DNA of 64,000 bases from Mobula birostris (taxonomy: Eukaryota), in assembly GCF_030028105.1 (NCBI RefSeq), contig NC_092401.1, positions 15,286,984 to 15,350,983 of the forward strand, read 5' to 3'. Each line of letters opens with the position of its first letter. The first letter of the stretch is position 1. Position numbers and translations under genes: made by a program. Below the pieces are notes generated by a model. That model worked only from the letters and a program-made list of their open reading frames with translations, was not told the DNA's origin and searched no databases. Below, in pieces: positions 25,501 to 40,500 of this stretch.

Positions 25501-28500
25501 CGGTACCACTACTCCTCCAATCTTTGTATCATCAGCAAATTTGCTGGTCCAGTTTACCACATTATCATCCGTTGATATAGATGACAAATGACAACGGACC
25601 CAGCACTGATCCCTGTGGCACACCAGTAGTCACAGGCCTCCACTCAGAGAAGCAATTCTCTAATACCACTCTCTGGCTTCTTCCATTGAGCCAATGTCTA
25701 ATCCAATTTACTACCTCTACATGTATACCTAGCGACTGAATCTTCCTAACTAACCTCCCATGCGGGACCTTGTCAAAGGCCTTACTCAAGTCCATATAGA
25801 CAACATCCACTGCCTTCCTTACATCCATTTTCCTGGTAACCTCCTCGAAAAACTCTAATAGATTTGTTAAACATGACCTACCACGCACAAAGCCATGTTG
25901 ACTAACCCTAATAAGTCACTGTCTATCTAAATACTTGTAGCTCCTATCTCTCAGTTCTCCTTCCAATAATTTACCTACTACTGATGTTAAATTTACCGGC
26001 CTATAATTTCCCGGAATACTTTCTGAGCTTTTTTAAACAAAGGAACAACATGAGCTATCCTCCAATCCTCCAGCACCTCACCCGTAGATACCGACATTTT
26101 AAATATATCTGCCAGGGTCCCTTCAATTTCAAAACTAGTCTCCTTCAAGGTGCATGAGAATACCCTGTCAGGTGCTGGGGATTTATCTACTCTGATTTGC
26201 CTCAAGATAGCAAGCACCTCCTCCTCTTCAATTTGTATAGGTTCCATGAGCTCACTACTTGTTTCCATAGACTCCATGCCAGTTTCCTTAGTAAATACAG
26301 ACGCAAAACCCCATTTAAGACTCACCCATTTGTTTTGATTCCATACATAGCCGACCATTCTAATCTCCAAAAGAACCAACTTTATTCCTTACTATCCTTT
26401 TGCTCTTAATGTACCTGTAGAAGCTCTTTGGATTATCCTTCACCTTGACTGCCAAAGTAACATTATGTCTTCTTTTAGCCCTTATGATTTCTTTCTTAAG
26501 TATCTCTTGCACTTTTCATACTCCTGAAGCACGTTTTGTAATCCCTGTTTCCTATACATGTCATACCTCTCTCTCTTCTTCTTTATCAGAGTTCCAATAT
26601 CCCTTGAGAACCAAGGTTCTTTGTTCTTATTCAATTTGCCTTTAATCCTGATAGGAACGTACAAACTCTGTGTTCTCAAAATTTCTCCTTTGAAGGCCTC
26701 TCGCTTACCAATCACAGCCTTGCCAGAACAAAACCTGTCCCAATCCACGCTTTTTAGATCCTTTCACATTTCTTTAAATCTGGCCCTTTTTTTTCCAGTT
26801 TCGAACTTTAACCCGAGGACCAGATCTATCTTTATCCATGATCAAGTTAAATCTAATGGCGTTATGATCACTGGAACCAAAATGTTCCCCTACACACATT
26901 TCCGTCACCTATCCTAACCCGTTTCCTAATAGCAGATCAATTATGGCATTCTCTCCAGTTGTCAACTATGTATATTGATTTAGAAAACTTTCTTGAACAC
27001 ATTTTACAAAAAGAACTCTAACCCGTCTAGACCTTTAACAGTATGGGAGCCCCAATCAAGATGTGGAAAATTAAAATCCCCTACTATCCCAACTTTATAT
27101 TTCCTGTAGTTGTCTGCTATCTCTCTGCAGATTTGTTCCTCCAATTCTCGCTGACTATTGGGTCTATAATACAACCCCATTAATGTGGTTATAACTGTCC
27201 TGTTTCACAGCTCCACCAATATGGCCTCGTAAGTTCTAGTTCAAGTTCCTAATTGTCAGTCAATCATACACATGTACGCAGCTCAAAGAAACATCATTTC
27301 TCTGGGGCCAAACTGCAAGCATATTACGTACTGAATAATCACAAATTGCACATTTTGAAACGACACAGCAATAGAGTTACAAAATAATACTCTGAGAAAT
27401 GTAGAGTGGCATGGCCTGAATATTAACAGGTTGTTATGCAGTACAAGGTACATGTTTATGTAAGAAGGTTTAATGTTACCAATATTATTAGCGTAAAACA
27501 AGCAATAGTAAATACTCTATGTGAAAGAACAGCAATGAAAAATAAATCTGACCACTGTATGATGAGAGTATTTCTGAGAGTCTGGTATTGTGGTGAGAGG
27601 AGTTTTGGGGTGTGTGATGGTAAGCCAGTCAGACAGGGTGTACGTGTGCTGTGTGACTGAAGGGAACAACACTTCTAACAACCTGACAGTCATCGTTCCT
27701 ATGCTATCATATGTTCTGCCTGATGGCGGGAAGTGAAAAAGAATGTGGGAAGGATATAAGGGGCCTGTGACAATGTTGGATGTAATTCACATGCTGCGGT
27801 TCTGATATATACCACGAACAACCTGATGTGTTTTCAGCAGTCCTCACTATCCTTTGCAAGTTCTTGCGATCAGATGCATGCTACAGCTGGTCAGGACACT
27901 TGACGGCGCAATGTAAATGTGGTGAAAATGTGGCAGTGGGATCCTCGCTTGTCATAGTGTCTTCAAAATGTGGAGGCGCCAATGTGTTCTCTTGACTAAA
28001 GAGTTAGTGTTGAAGACTAGGTGAGATTGTCGGTGAAGTGTACGGCATGAAACTTGATGTTCCTGGCTCTATCCAGGGCGGGCCGTTAATATATTGTAGA
28101 GAGTGGTCAACCGGACCTTACTGAGGTCTACAATCATTTATGTAGACTTGGAGATAATGGTGCGCCGTAGTTTCCAATAGCCAACTTTTTTCCAGATGCA
28201 CCTGTACAAGTATGGAGGGTCTGGTGGCAACCTGTGTTCCACTAGTTGCCTGGAACATGATACTGACAGTTTGACTGGGACGGAACAGCTCAGCAATGGG
28301 TTGGAAACAGTAATCCTAGACAACCTATGAGGACCGTCTCTGCTAATCCCCTGAGCTGAGAGGAAATTATCTGAAGCCATTCTCAGTGAGGAGAGAACAT
28401 TAGTGGTGAGATTCGGTGTGGCAGATGGCCCTGCTTGGAATAATTCAGGGACTCAAAAGCCCTGTGTCACCATGACCAACTCGTGTACAAGTCAAGCGGA

Positions 28501-31500
28501 TCAACGTGTATTTGACAGAAGTTATGACCATGAAAACCTTACAACATAAGGATGTAGAAACAAGAGATTCTACTTAATCGTTTATATTTTCACCGCCGTT
28601 CAACAGAGTAGAGCTGACCTGCACCAGGTCTCAAATCCACTTTCGCCATTTCTCATAGCCCAAGTTTTCCCTATCTTGCAATAATTTATGTATTTGCATA
28701 AAAACGATTTGATGGTTCTTGCACTTCTCTCTGAAGTAGAGAATTCTGAAGATTCAACACACTGAGTGAAAAGTATCTATACACTGTAGCTTTAAATCGC
28801 AAGTAAATCAGAGTCATAGCAAAGCACAGCGCCGAAAATGACACTTCAGTCCATCTAGTCCGTGCCGAACCATGTGATCTGCCTAATCCCATCAATCTGC
28901 ACTTGGACTGTATCCCTCCGTAACCCAACCATCTATGTACTAATGCAACACATATCAAAGTTGCTGGTGAACGCAGCAGGCCAGGCAGCATCTGTAGGAA
29001 GAGGTGCAGTCGACATTTCAGGCCGAGACCCTTCGTCAGGACTAACTGAAGGAAGAGTGAGTAAGGGATTTGAAAGTTGGAGGGGGAGGGGGAGATCCAA
29101 AATGATAGGAGAAGACAGGAGGGGGAGGGATAGAGCCAAGAGCTGGACAGGTGATAGGCAAAAGGGGATACGAGAGGATCATGGGACAGGAGGTCCGGGA
29201 AGAAAGACAAGGGGGGGGGGGGTCCCAGAGGATGGGCAATAGGTATATTCAGAGGGACAGAGGGAGAAAAAGGAGAGTGAGAGAAAGAATGTGTGCATAA
29301 AAATGAGTAACAGATGGGGTACGAGGGGGAGGTGGGGCCTTAGCGGAAGTTAGAGAAGTCGATGTTCATGCCATCAGGTTGGAGGCTACCCAGACAGAAT
29401 ATGAGGTGTTGTTCCTCCAACCTGAGTGTGGCTTCATCTTTGCAGTAGAGGAAGCCGTGGATGGACATGTCAGAATGGGAATGGGATGTGGAATTAAAAT
29501 GTGTGGCCACTGGGAGATCCTGCTTTTTCTGGCAGACAGAGCGTAGATGTTCAGCAGAGCGGTCTCTCAGTCTGCGTCGGGTCTCGGCAATATATAAAAG
29601 GCCACATCGGGAGCACCGGACGCAGTATATCACCCCAGTCGACTCACAGGTGAAGTGTTGCCTCACCTGGAAGGACTGTTTGGGGCCCTGAATGGTGGTA
29701 AGGGAGGAAGTGTAAGGGCATGTGTAGCACTTGTTCCGCTTACACGGATAAGTGCCAGGAGGGAGATCAGTGGGGAGGGATGGGGGGGACGAATGGACAA
29801 GGGAGTTGTGTAGGGAGCGATCCCTGCGGAATGCAGTGAGAGGGGGTGAGGGAAAGATGTGCTTAGTGGTGGGATCCCGTTGGAGGTGGCGGAAGTTACA
29901 GAGAATAATATGTTGGACCCGGAGGTTGGTGGGGTGGTAGGTGAGGACCAGGGGAACCCTATTCCTAGTGGGGTGTCGAGAGGATGGAGTGAGAGCAGAT
30001 GTACGTGAAATGGGGGAGATGCGTTTAAGAGCAGAGTTGATAGTGGAGGAAGGGAAGCCCCTTTCTTTAAAAAAGGAAGACATCTCCCTCGTCCTAGAAT
30101 GAAAAGCCTCATCCTGACAGCAGATGCGGCGGAGACGGAGGAATTGGGAGAAGGGGATGGCGTTTTTGCAAGAGACAGGGTGAGAAGAAGAATAGTCCAG
30201 ATAGCTGTGAGAGTCAGTAGGCTTATAGTAGACATCAGTGGATAAGCTGTCTCCAGAGACAGAGACAGAAAGATCTAGAAAGGGGAGGGAGGTGTCGGAA
30301 ATGGACCAGGTAAACTTGAGGGCAGGGTGAAAGTTGGAGGCAAAGTTAATAAAGTCAACGAGTTCTGCATGCGTGCAGGAAGCAGCGCCAATGCAGTCAT
30401 CGATGCAGCGAAGGAAAAGTGGGGAACAGATACCAGAATAGGCACGGAACATAGATTGTTCCACAAACCCAACAAAAAAGTAGGCATAGCTAGGACCCAT
30501 AAGGGTGCCCATAGCTACACCTTTAGTTTGGAGGAAGTGGGAGGAGCCAAAGGAGAAATTATTAACAGTAAGGACTAATTCCGCTAGACGGAGCAGAGTG
30601 GTGGTAGAGGGGAACTGATTAGGTCTGGAATCCAAAAAGAAGCGTAGAGCTTTAAGACCTTCCTGATGGGGGATGGAAGTATATAAGGACTGGACTTCCA
30701 TGGTGAAAATAAAGCGGTGGGGGCCAGGGAACTTAAAATCATCGAAAAGTTTAAGAAAAGTTGAATGGGCTGAATAGCCTAATTCTGCTGAAATGTTTTA
30801 TGGTCTTACGGCGCTCTGAGTGAAAAGGTTTCCCCTCATGCTCCCTTTAAAATTTTCACCTTTCATGCTTAACCCATTACATCTAGTTGTACTCCCACCC
30901 AACCACAGTGGAAAAGATCTGCTTATAGTTACCATATTTGTACTTCTCTTGATTTTGTGTACTTTTTACAAATTTCTCCTCAATCTTCAACGTTACAAGA
31001 ACTAAGGTTCCTAACCTGATATTTTTTCCATACAACTCGAGTCCTGCAGAAACGGAAAATTCTTTGTTAATTTTCTCTTTCCTCTTTCAAATGTATTTAT
31101 ATTTTTTCTGTAGGCAAGTGACCCAAACTGCACACAATGCTCAAACATAAGCCTCAGCCATCTCTTATACAAGTTCAACGTAACATCCAATTTTCTTTAT
31201 TCAATGCTCTTATTTACGAAGACTAATCTGCCAAAAACAAAGGCAAATGGGTCGGCACTGCAAAGACTGTCTGATGATTTAAAATTATATTGTTGGAAAC
31301 AAAATCACATCGTCATCCAGATACTCTTACATAGCTTGTCATAGTTGCTGAATCCCCGCATTATCATGCTTTGCATATAAATTTGGATAATAACATATCT
31401 TGCAGAGGAAGATAACAGTCGGCCAGTTTCTTTATTGCGCATCACAGGTTATTCAAGGACAATAAGATTTTTGTTCCCAGAGATAGTACCATGAACACTT

Positions 31501-34500
31501 CTTGAAGACAATGGAAATAAGTACAAGTATGAACTTCATTTCTCTTGATCACGCCCAAAACTTTTGGCCGTATTAGGTGGGTAAACAATATAAGAGTTTG
31601 AACGTTGCCCTAGATGGAGAGCGTTAGGCTGCCATTGATTTGGATTAGCGTGTATCTCAGGTCACTAATTTCGCATGCAACATATGTAGAAATGGACATA
31701 GTTTAGAGAGGGTTCACTTGCCGATTGCAGGCCTGCAAAATGTTCCGTCGGAGGATTAGAGATGTTTTTGTGTGGAGTAGAGAAAACAGAGAGACAAGTT
31801 GCCTAAGTACAGAAATTCATGAGGAGTCTCAGTTGCATGACGTGGAACTCACTATCTGTAACTTTTGGAGTAGGATTGTCATTGATTACACTTATCCAAT
31901 ACTGAGATATTTTTTGCAAGTGGCACGGCGTGTATCTTGTAATTATGTTTCAATTGGTTGGTGCTTTTCAGATGGGAGTTGGCCGGATTGCACTGCTGAC
32001 CTCCAGCATTATTCTTCTTTCTCAGACATACAATAAATCAACATGGTCATGCTCATTTACTTTTATAGTTGAAGTCTGTCAAAACTTTGAAGCTGCGGCA
32101 CACAAAATAATACAGACAATTCCCTGCATTTCGAAGCAAAACATATTGACTTTTTACTGAACTCCGTACAACATGGGGCATACTGAATGTACTCACAGTA
32201 CACCAAAGTGAATGGGAGAGCTCAGCTGTTGTTAGAATATTTCACATCTTTAGAAAGCAGTATTTTCATAAAGAATGGTGAATGTTGGATCCATTCTAAG
32301 AAGGGAAATTATGCCATACAGAGTTCACCACAAATCAACTTTGGTCAGCTCGTAAACTTTTCCAACATTGTTCCGAGAAACTAAAACGTAAGATATCTCT
32401 ATGTTCTATTCTCATGGTCTAAAGTTCATTTTCTTTCGCAATAGGATGTGTGTAAGAGGAAGTAGATTTTACTTCTCTCATTCTGTTTCGCTCGGTTTAA
32501 AGACAGGAATTATTTGAAGTTCATAACACTAAATGCAATTGCAGTGCCCACCAACTGAAAGTGGGCGCACAGTCTCTGAAGAAGTTTTCTGCATTACTAA
32601 AGGAAGTCAATGGCTTCTGCTCCCATTCTGGAAATGAAATTAATCACCCACATTAATCGCACTAAATTCTGTTATACCATGAATTATCATACCTCCGATC
32701 ACCCCAATCGCCTGAGTTACCTCAATTTGTAATACTGTTGACGGCAGGAAAGAAAATTAAAATCGTTAGGCTATAAACAGCAAATTCACTTTGATATTTC
32801 CTGGGATTTCCAATATTGGCTGTCAATCTGAAATTTGATGTTCAAGGATTCGCGGACGTTCCGACTTTTTGGAGGTCCAATCAGCGGCGGGTGCACAGTA
32901 CCGCGATTTCAATAAAAGTACAGAACGGGCAAGCGGGGCGGCTATTCTTGGTAGTAGCTCAATGCTGAAAGTAGGAGCGTCAGTCTTTGACTCAAGAGGC
33001 TCAGGGAATGAAACAGGTTTGAAAACTTGGTTTTCGTTACCCATTGTACTGTGCAGGCATGATGGCAGATATGGAAGCAGAATGTTCCACATGTAGGATA
33101 TGGGAATTCATTGAACCTGATAGTCTCCCGGATGACTACACCTGCGGGATGTCCAGCCAAGTCCAGCTCATGAAGGGCCGCATTAAGGTGCTGGAGCTGG
33201 AAGTGGATGAACTTAGGATCATCCAGAAGGCAGAAAAATTCATAGATACGATTGTTGTGCAGGTGGTTACACACGGAGTGCAGAATTCAGAATCAGAATC
33301 AGAATCAGGTTTATCATCACCGGCATGTGACGTGAAATTTGTTAACTGGGCATCAGCAGTTCAAAGCAATACATAATCTAGCACAGAAAATAATAATAAT
33401 AATAATAATAAAATAAAACATAATAATACATAAATAAGAAAATCAATTCCGTATATTGAAAAAATATTTTAAAATGTGCAAAAACAGAAATACTGTATCT
33501 TAAGGAAATGAGGTAGTGTCCAAAGCTTCAATGTCCATTTTGGAATCGGATGGCAGAGGAAAAGAAGCTGTTCCTGAGTCACTGAGAGTTTGCCTTCAGG
33601 CTTCTGCATCTCCTACCTGATGGCAACATTGAGAAAAGAGCATACCCTTGGTGCTGGAGGTCTCTAATAATGGACGCTGCCTTTCTGAGACACCGCTCCC
33701 TAATGATGTCCTGACTACTTTGTAGGCTAGTGCCCAAGATGGAGCTGACTAGTTTTACAACCTTCTGCAGTTTCTTTCGGTCCTGTGCAGTAGCCTCTTC
33801 ATACCAGATAGTAATGCATCCTGTCAGAATGCTCTCCACGCTACAACTATATAAATTTTTGAGTGTATTTGTTGAGATGCTAAATCTCTTCAAACTCCTA
33901 ATAAAGTATAGCCGCTGTCTTGCCTTCCTTATGACTACATCAATATCGTGGGACCAGGTTGGATCCTCAGAGATTGATAGCTAGGAACTTGAAACTGCTC
34001 ACTCTCTATTTCTGATCTCTCTGTAAGGATTGGTATATGTCCCGGTTGTTCCCGCGGCACCATTGCAGCAGTTGGCATATCTCACTCCTGTACGCCCTCT
34101 CCTCAGTACTTGAGATTCTACGAACAATGGAATAGATGAGTAAACACGGAGAAATGTACTGGGAGAACGAAGTCAGTGCCGGATCGCGTTGTGGCCATTC
34201 CCATCAGCAAAGTATACTCCGCTGGATCGTGCTGAGTGGGATGCCCTATCTGGGCAAGGCAGACTAATAGCCCTGATGTCAGCTCTGAGCCTCCGAAAGG
34301 GAGAGTGAAGTCAGATGGAGCAATAGTCATTGGGAACTGAATACTTAGGTGGACAGATAAGAGATTCTCCAGCCGCAAAAGAGACACCAAGATAGTTCCC
34401 CGGGTGCTAGGCTCCAAGATGTCTCTGAGCGGTTGCAGACTATTCTTCTAGGGGTGGTGAGCAGCCAGAGATATTACTACATGTCAACATCGGGCCGGCA

Positions 34501-37500
34501 ACAGGGGTGATCCATTATTAATCAGGGATAGCATCAGGGCTGCCGTAAAGGAGAGGGTCATGGAGTGATTGTCTATTGAGTCATTGTGTGTGGACGTCAG
34601 AAACATTAAGGGAGCAAGTACTCTATTCTGTGTTTCTATAGCCCCCCAAGAATAACAGAGACAGCAAGCAACAAATAGGGAGGCAGATTCCGGAAAGGTG
34701 CAATAATAATAGGATTGCTGTGCTGGGACATTTTAACTCTCCTAATATTGACTGACATTGCCTCAGAGCAATGGGTACAGGTGAGGTGGAGTTTGTTAGA
34801 TGTGTTCAAGAATGTTTCCTGACCGAATAGATGATAAGGTGTACTTGATCTGGTCTTGGGAAATGAATCTGTTCAGATGTTATTTCTCTATGTGGGAGAG
34901 CATTTTTGACGTAGTGATCACTATTTCCTTTACTGTGGCGCTGGAGAGGGACAGGAGCAGAGAATTTGGGAAAGCATTGCATTGTGGTAAGGGCAGGAGC
35001 TTCGGAAAATAAACTGGGAGCAGATGTTCTCAGGGAAATGCCCGGTAGAAAGGTGGCAAATGTTCCATTGAGGCAGGGATCGGGTAAAAGAACCACGGTG
35101 TACAAAAGGAGTACAAAATCTAGAAAGAAGAAAAGAAAAGCTTACGAAAACGTTCAAAAAAACTAGGGACTGTTAAGACTTCCAGAAACTCTCAGGTAGG
35201 AGCTCAGGGATGGAATTTGGAGAGCCTGAAGCAGCCACGACAAGGCCTTTGCAAGTCGGATTAAGGAAAACCCCAGGGCATTCTACAAGTATGTGAAGAG
35301 CAAAAGGGTGAGCCTTGTGAGAATAGGACTAAAGTTGACTAAATGTGTGGAAAAGTGTACGTGGAGCCAGGGGAGATAGCAGATTTACTTAATTAATATT
35401 TTGCTTCAATATTGACCAGTGAAAAGGACTTTCACAATTGTGTGGATGACTTACAGCGGGCTGAACCTCTTGAGGGTATACACATTAAGAATGTAGATGT
35501 GCTGGAGCTTCTGAAAGCTATTAAGTTAGATAAATCGCGAGGACCGGACGAGATACACACCAGGCTACTGCGGGAGCGCCAGAGCAGATGACTAAGCCTC
35601 TGCCGATTATCTTCACATTATCAATAGGGACAGGAGAAGTACCATAGGACTGCAATGTTGCAAATGTTGTTCCTTTGATTAGGAAACGGTGTAGAGATAA
35701 CCCCGGAAATTATAGACCAGTGAGTCTTACTTTAGTGGTGTGCATGTTGTTGGAGAAGATCACGAGAAGCAGGAAGTATGAGCATTTGTAGGGATACAAT
35801 CTGATTAGGCATAGTTAGCATGGTTTTGTCAAGTGCAGGTCATGCCTTTACAAACTGATTAAATTCTTTGAGGATGTAACAAAACATATTGATGAAGGTA
35901 GAACAGTTGATGTCGTATATACGGATTTCAATAAGACATTTCATAAAGTTTCGCATGCAAGGTGATTCAAAAAATAATGAGGCAAGGAGACCTTGCTTTG
36001 TGAATCCAGAATTTCCTATCCCACAGATGGCAAAGAATGGTTGCAGATGGTTCGAATTTGTATAGATGATGGTGACCAGTGGTCTTTGGCAGAGATTTTT
36101 TCCTGGACTTCTCCTCTTTGTGATTTTTATAAATGACTAGAGTGAGGAGGTAGAGGGTTGGGTTAGTAAGTTTGCTGATGACACAAAATTGAGAGATGTC
36201 GTGGATAGTCTGGAAGGTTGTTAGAGGTTACAGTGGAACATCGATAGGATGCAGAACTGGGCTGAGAAGTGGCAGACGGAGTTCAACACAGTTTAGTGTG
36301 AAGTTTTTCTTTTCACTAGGTCAAATTTGAGGACTGAATATACTATTAATGGTAAGCCTCATGGCAGTGTTGAGGATCAGCGAGATCTTGTATTCCATGT
36401 CCACAGGACACTCAGAGCTGTGCAGTTTGACAATGTTGTAAAGAAGGCTTAAGGTGTGATCCCTTTCTTCAAAAGTGGGATTGTGTTCAAGAGCAGTGAG
36501 GTCTTGTTAAAGCTATACAATGCCTTAATTTGACTCCATTTGGAATACTGTATTCAGTTCTGTTCTCCTCATTACAGGAAGGATGTGGATACTAAATAGA
36601 AAGTGCAGAGGAGATTTACAAGGATATTTCTTGGATTCGAGAGCATACCTTATGAGAATAGTTTGAGCAACTTGGCCCTTTCTCCTTCGAGCGACGGAGG
36701 ATGAGGGGTGACGTGATAGAGGTGTATAAGATGATAAGAGGTTTTAATCGTGTGGATATCCAGAGGCTTTTTTTTCAGGGCTGAAATGGCAAATGCAAGG
36801 GGGCACAGTTTTAAGGTGCTTGGAAGTAGGTAGAAAGCGGAAGTCAGAGGTAAGCTTTTCATACAGATAGCGCTACGTACGTGGAATGGACTGCCAGTGA
36901 CAGAGGTTGGGGCAGGTACAATAGGGTTTTTTGAAGAGACTCTTAGAGAGGTACATGGAGCTAAGAAAGGACTATGCCGTAGGGAAATTCTAGGCAGTTC
37001 CTAGAGTAGGGTACATGATCGGCATAACATTATGGACCGAAGGCCTGTAACGTGCTGTAGATTTCTACGCTCTACGTTCAATGTTCTAAAACGTATTCAT
37101 GAAGGTTTCTTATCTCAGAAGAATAAGAATACACAGAATAACACACACAAAATACTGGTGGAAAGCAGCAGGCCAGGCAACATCTATAGGAAGATGTACT
37201 GTCGACGTTTCGGGCCGAGTCCCTTCGTCAGGAGGAACTGAAAGAAGAGGTAGTAAGAGATGTGAAAGTGGGAGGGGGATGGGGAGACCAGAATTGATAG
37301 GAGAAGACAGGAGTGGGAGAGATGAAGCTAAAAGCTGAAAGTCGATTGGCAAAATGAATACAGAGCTGGGGGAGGGGGAGGATCACGGGACGGGAGGCCA
37401 AGGGAGAAAGAACGTGGGAGGGTAGCCTAGAGGAAGATGGAGAGTAGGCAAGGAGTAATTGTGAGAGGAACAGGGAGAGAAAGAAAAAAGGGGAATAATA

Positions 37501-40500
37501 AATAAATACATAAATAAGTAAATAAATACATAAATAAATAAATAGATAGATAAATAAGAGATGGGCTAAGAAGGGAGCAGAGGCGTTAACGGAAGTTAGA
37601 GAAATTAATGTTCATGCCATCAGGTTGGAGGCTAACCAGACGGAATATGAGGTGTTGTTCCTCCAAGCTGTGTGTGGCTTCATCTTGACCGTAGAGGAGG
37701 TCATGTATTGACATAGAGTGCAACGTTTGAGGGGATTAAGAGTTATATCGGGAGACAGATATTTCACAAGTTTGATGCGTGATAGCGAGGTCACACGATG
37801 GTTATTCACTCACTCACTAAAGAATGCACCTTGGCACCCGGGAAACAACATACCATCCAGAAATCTAGTTCTCGTCCACAGATCCTCCTTTCTGTTCACC
37901 TAATTAACGAATCCGCTATCACCACAGCTTGTCTCTTCCCGCCACTTCCCTTCTAATTCACAGAGCCAGACTCAATGTCAGAGACAGGACGGCTGTGATT
38001 TTCCACTGCTAGGTCAACATCACTACACCATCCCCCCCACCCCCACAACAGTATCCAATGTGTTATGCCTGTAGCTGTGGGGCATGACCACAGGGAACTC
38101 TGCATTGTCTGTTTAACCCCTTTCCCTTCTTGAATGTCACCCAGTTTCCTGTGTCCTGCACTCTATATCCTCTGTCTATCAGTCTATCAGAATGTCTTAT
38201 ATGTCACTATATCGTCCTATATGTCAATGTAGCAAGGCAGGAAAGTTAAAAGGCATGGCTCTCCTGTTACTGAAACAGAGTTCCAAAGATTCATTCTGGC
38301 TTGATTCCACCATTGTGATAGACAACTTGAACATAATTCATTTAATTCCACGCATATCCTTTCATATCGTTTTCTCTTGCGAGATTAATTTTTCCAGCGC
38401 CAGACCTTCTAGTTTTAACAGATCAGCCATGGTAATATGTGTCACTTTGAATAAGATTCCCCAGTCACATATCCTTCCCTAGTGGCCTTTCGGTATTTCG
38501 ATGTGAGTGTTTTTTTTTTTTGCCTGCCTAACACTGGTATTGCTCCATAAATCACTCCCTCTTTTCTAGCACCATTTTAAAAATATAACCACAGAAGATA
38601 CAGTGCCTGCGCTCTTACCTATTCCTTTCTCACAATTGAGCAATCCAGGCAGTCCTACCACGATAAGCACTGATTCAATCGCACGTCTTCCAACATAGCC
38701 TAATGCTTTTTGAGTTCACACAGTAGTCTCCCTACTGCAGGAAAATTATCTGTTAAATATCTACTTTGCAGAGCAGGGACATTCTTTGCGCATAAGCAAC
38801 CAGGGTTTCTTACTATGCACTGTTATCATTTATACTCTCACTTCTCTGTCGCTGGCCTACATTACTGTCCTCACAAGGCCTGAAACAAACAAGAGGAATA
38901 GAACGTACTATTCCTCTCTACTAGCAACTATAGCCTTTCAGATTCAATGCCGAATTCTACAATGTCTGAGAACTCACTTTCTCTGTCTTTATTACAATCG
39001 CGTATACACATTCATTTGTGATTTCGAGCCAATCCTGTGTCCATCGGTACAGGACACATCAGCTAGTTCTGATGTTCACATGATTTTATATTCTTTTAGG
39101 TCTATTAGTAGTATCCACTGAAAGTCATTGACATACGAGATAATATTCATTCTTCCGCAGCAAGCGTGTTTAATCCAGCACTCATGCTGGTGAACATATC
39201 TGTCGCTTTACAAATTGGCTGTCTATGGCTTTTCTGGCCCTGATCATTGCCCGTCTGTTTGTGTTTCTTCAGCAGAAATTGGACAGCACATCTTGAAATT
39301 CCCTCTTCCGCGAAATTTACGCTTGGAAGAAAACTTGCTGATGCAGGACGACCACCTTTTTGTCTTGTCGCAATGGTGTAAGAATTGATTATTTAAAGGT
39401 TAAACTTTCGCTTCTGCCACACCCTTTTGCTTCGCGTTTGGTTGTACTTCTGCCCGTTTGATTCCTTCTATACCGGTTTCTGTTTCAGTTAATCAGTTTA
39501 CTTCATGAAACGCATCATGTATTTGATTGTTAGCACATGATTGTTATCTTTCTTCAATCATGCACTGTACTAGATACCGACAAAGTAATCAAGTTTTGAT
39601 TTGAAATCTGGAGCCTTAAGCATTATATTAATTACTTTGATGAAATACAAAGAAGTCTCTGTAGCTTTCAATTGTTTTTTGAAAATGGTTGTTTGAAAAT
39701 CTAAAATTTACCATTTTCTATTGACACTACAGCGCAGTATAAAAAAATCTAGAACAAAATTTAAATAAAATGTCACGAGTGCTTAGAGTTTGCGCAGTAA
39801 CGCAGATAGATGGATGGTCAGACAGACACACATTTAGAGAGAGGGAGAGATGAAGGCTGTGGGGACTATGTATCAGCACTCACATATCCTGAGCTGACGA
39901 TATTTTTGAACTTTTCCGACGTTGCCTGTGTGGGGCCTCCAGCTATGCAACTTCTGGGAATTTGTCAGACCACTTCCTTGTTTTCAGGCGATATTTCCTC
40001 TCCTATTTTTAGGGATTTGTTGAGCACATTAGGTTTTCGACAAAATCTAACCGCACACTACGGAAAACAGCATGGGGGAGCAGTGCAGGCCGTAGGGGTG
40101 ATCTTGCAAGTTATGAATGCTCTCACGATTTTCTGCTTCAACAACCGCAGTTCTTCCACATTATTTCGATCGAATGAGCCTTTAACTACTGGAACTGCAA
40201 TGACATTATATCAGTCGTCTTCTAATGAAAAAACCCGCAAATAAAAGTGTAAAAAGATGCGCAAATAAATGATCTTTGAAAAAAAAAAGTATCTGATTGC
40301 TGTGTGGAACTTAATCCAAAGTCTCCCTTTACACATCAACCTCGGCTTATAACAACGTCGCTGCTTCTTACTAACTCCTGTGGTAATAGAAACCACTTTG
40401 TTCATATCTCCTGGATATTACGTGCATTTATATAGTTTTGATAATTCGCATTGTGGAGCTAATGTAAAAAAGTACTGTATCGTTGCGCAACTTACTCAGC

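Noticed and set aside
29340-30701. RT plus nuclease ORF as a novel RT-based system
   Set aside because: Ordinary 5'-truncated Penelope-like element with degenerate catalytic motifs (RCIDD, YIAET).
31331-31398. Exon-like segment ending |gtaaga
   Set aside because: 68 nt, weak AAG acceptor, stop in the phase-1 frame.
38619-38734. Minus-strand exon-like segment (ttcctgcag| ... |gtaaga)
   Set aside because: Stops in all three frames and no clear similarity to neck exons; at most an unrecognisable pseudo-exon.
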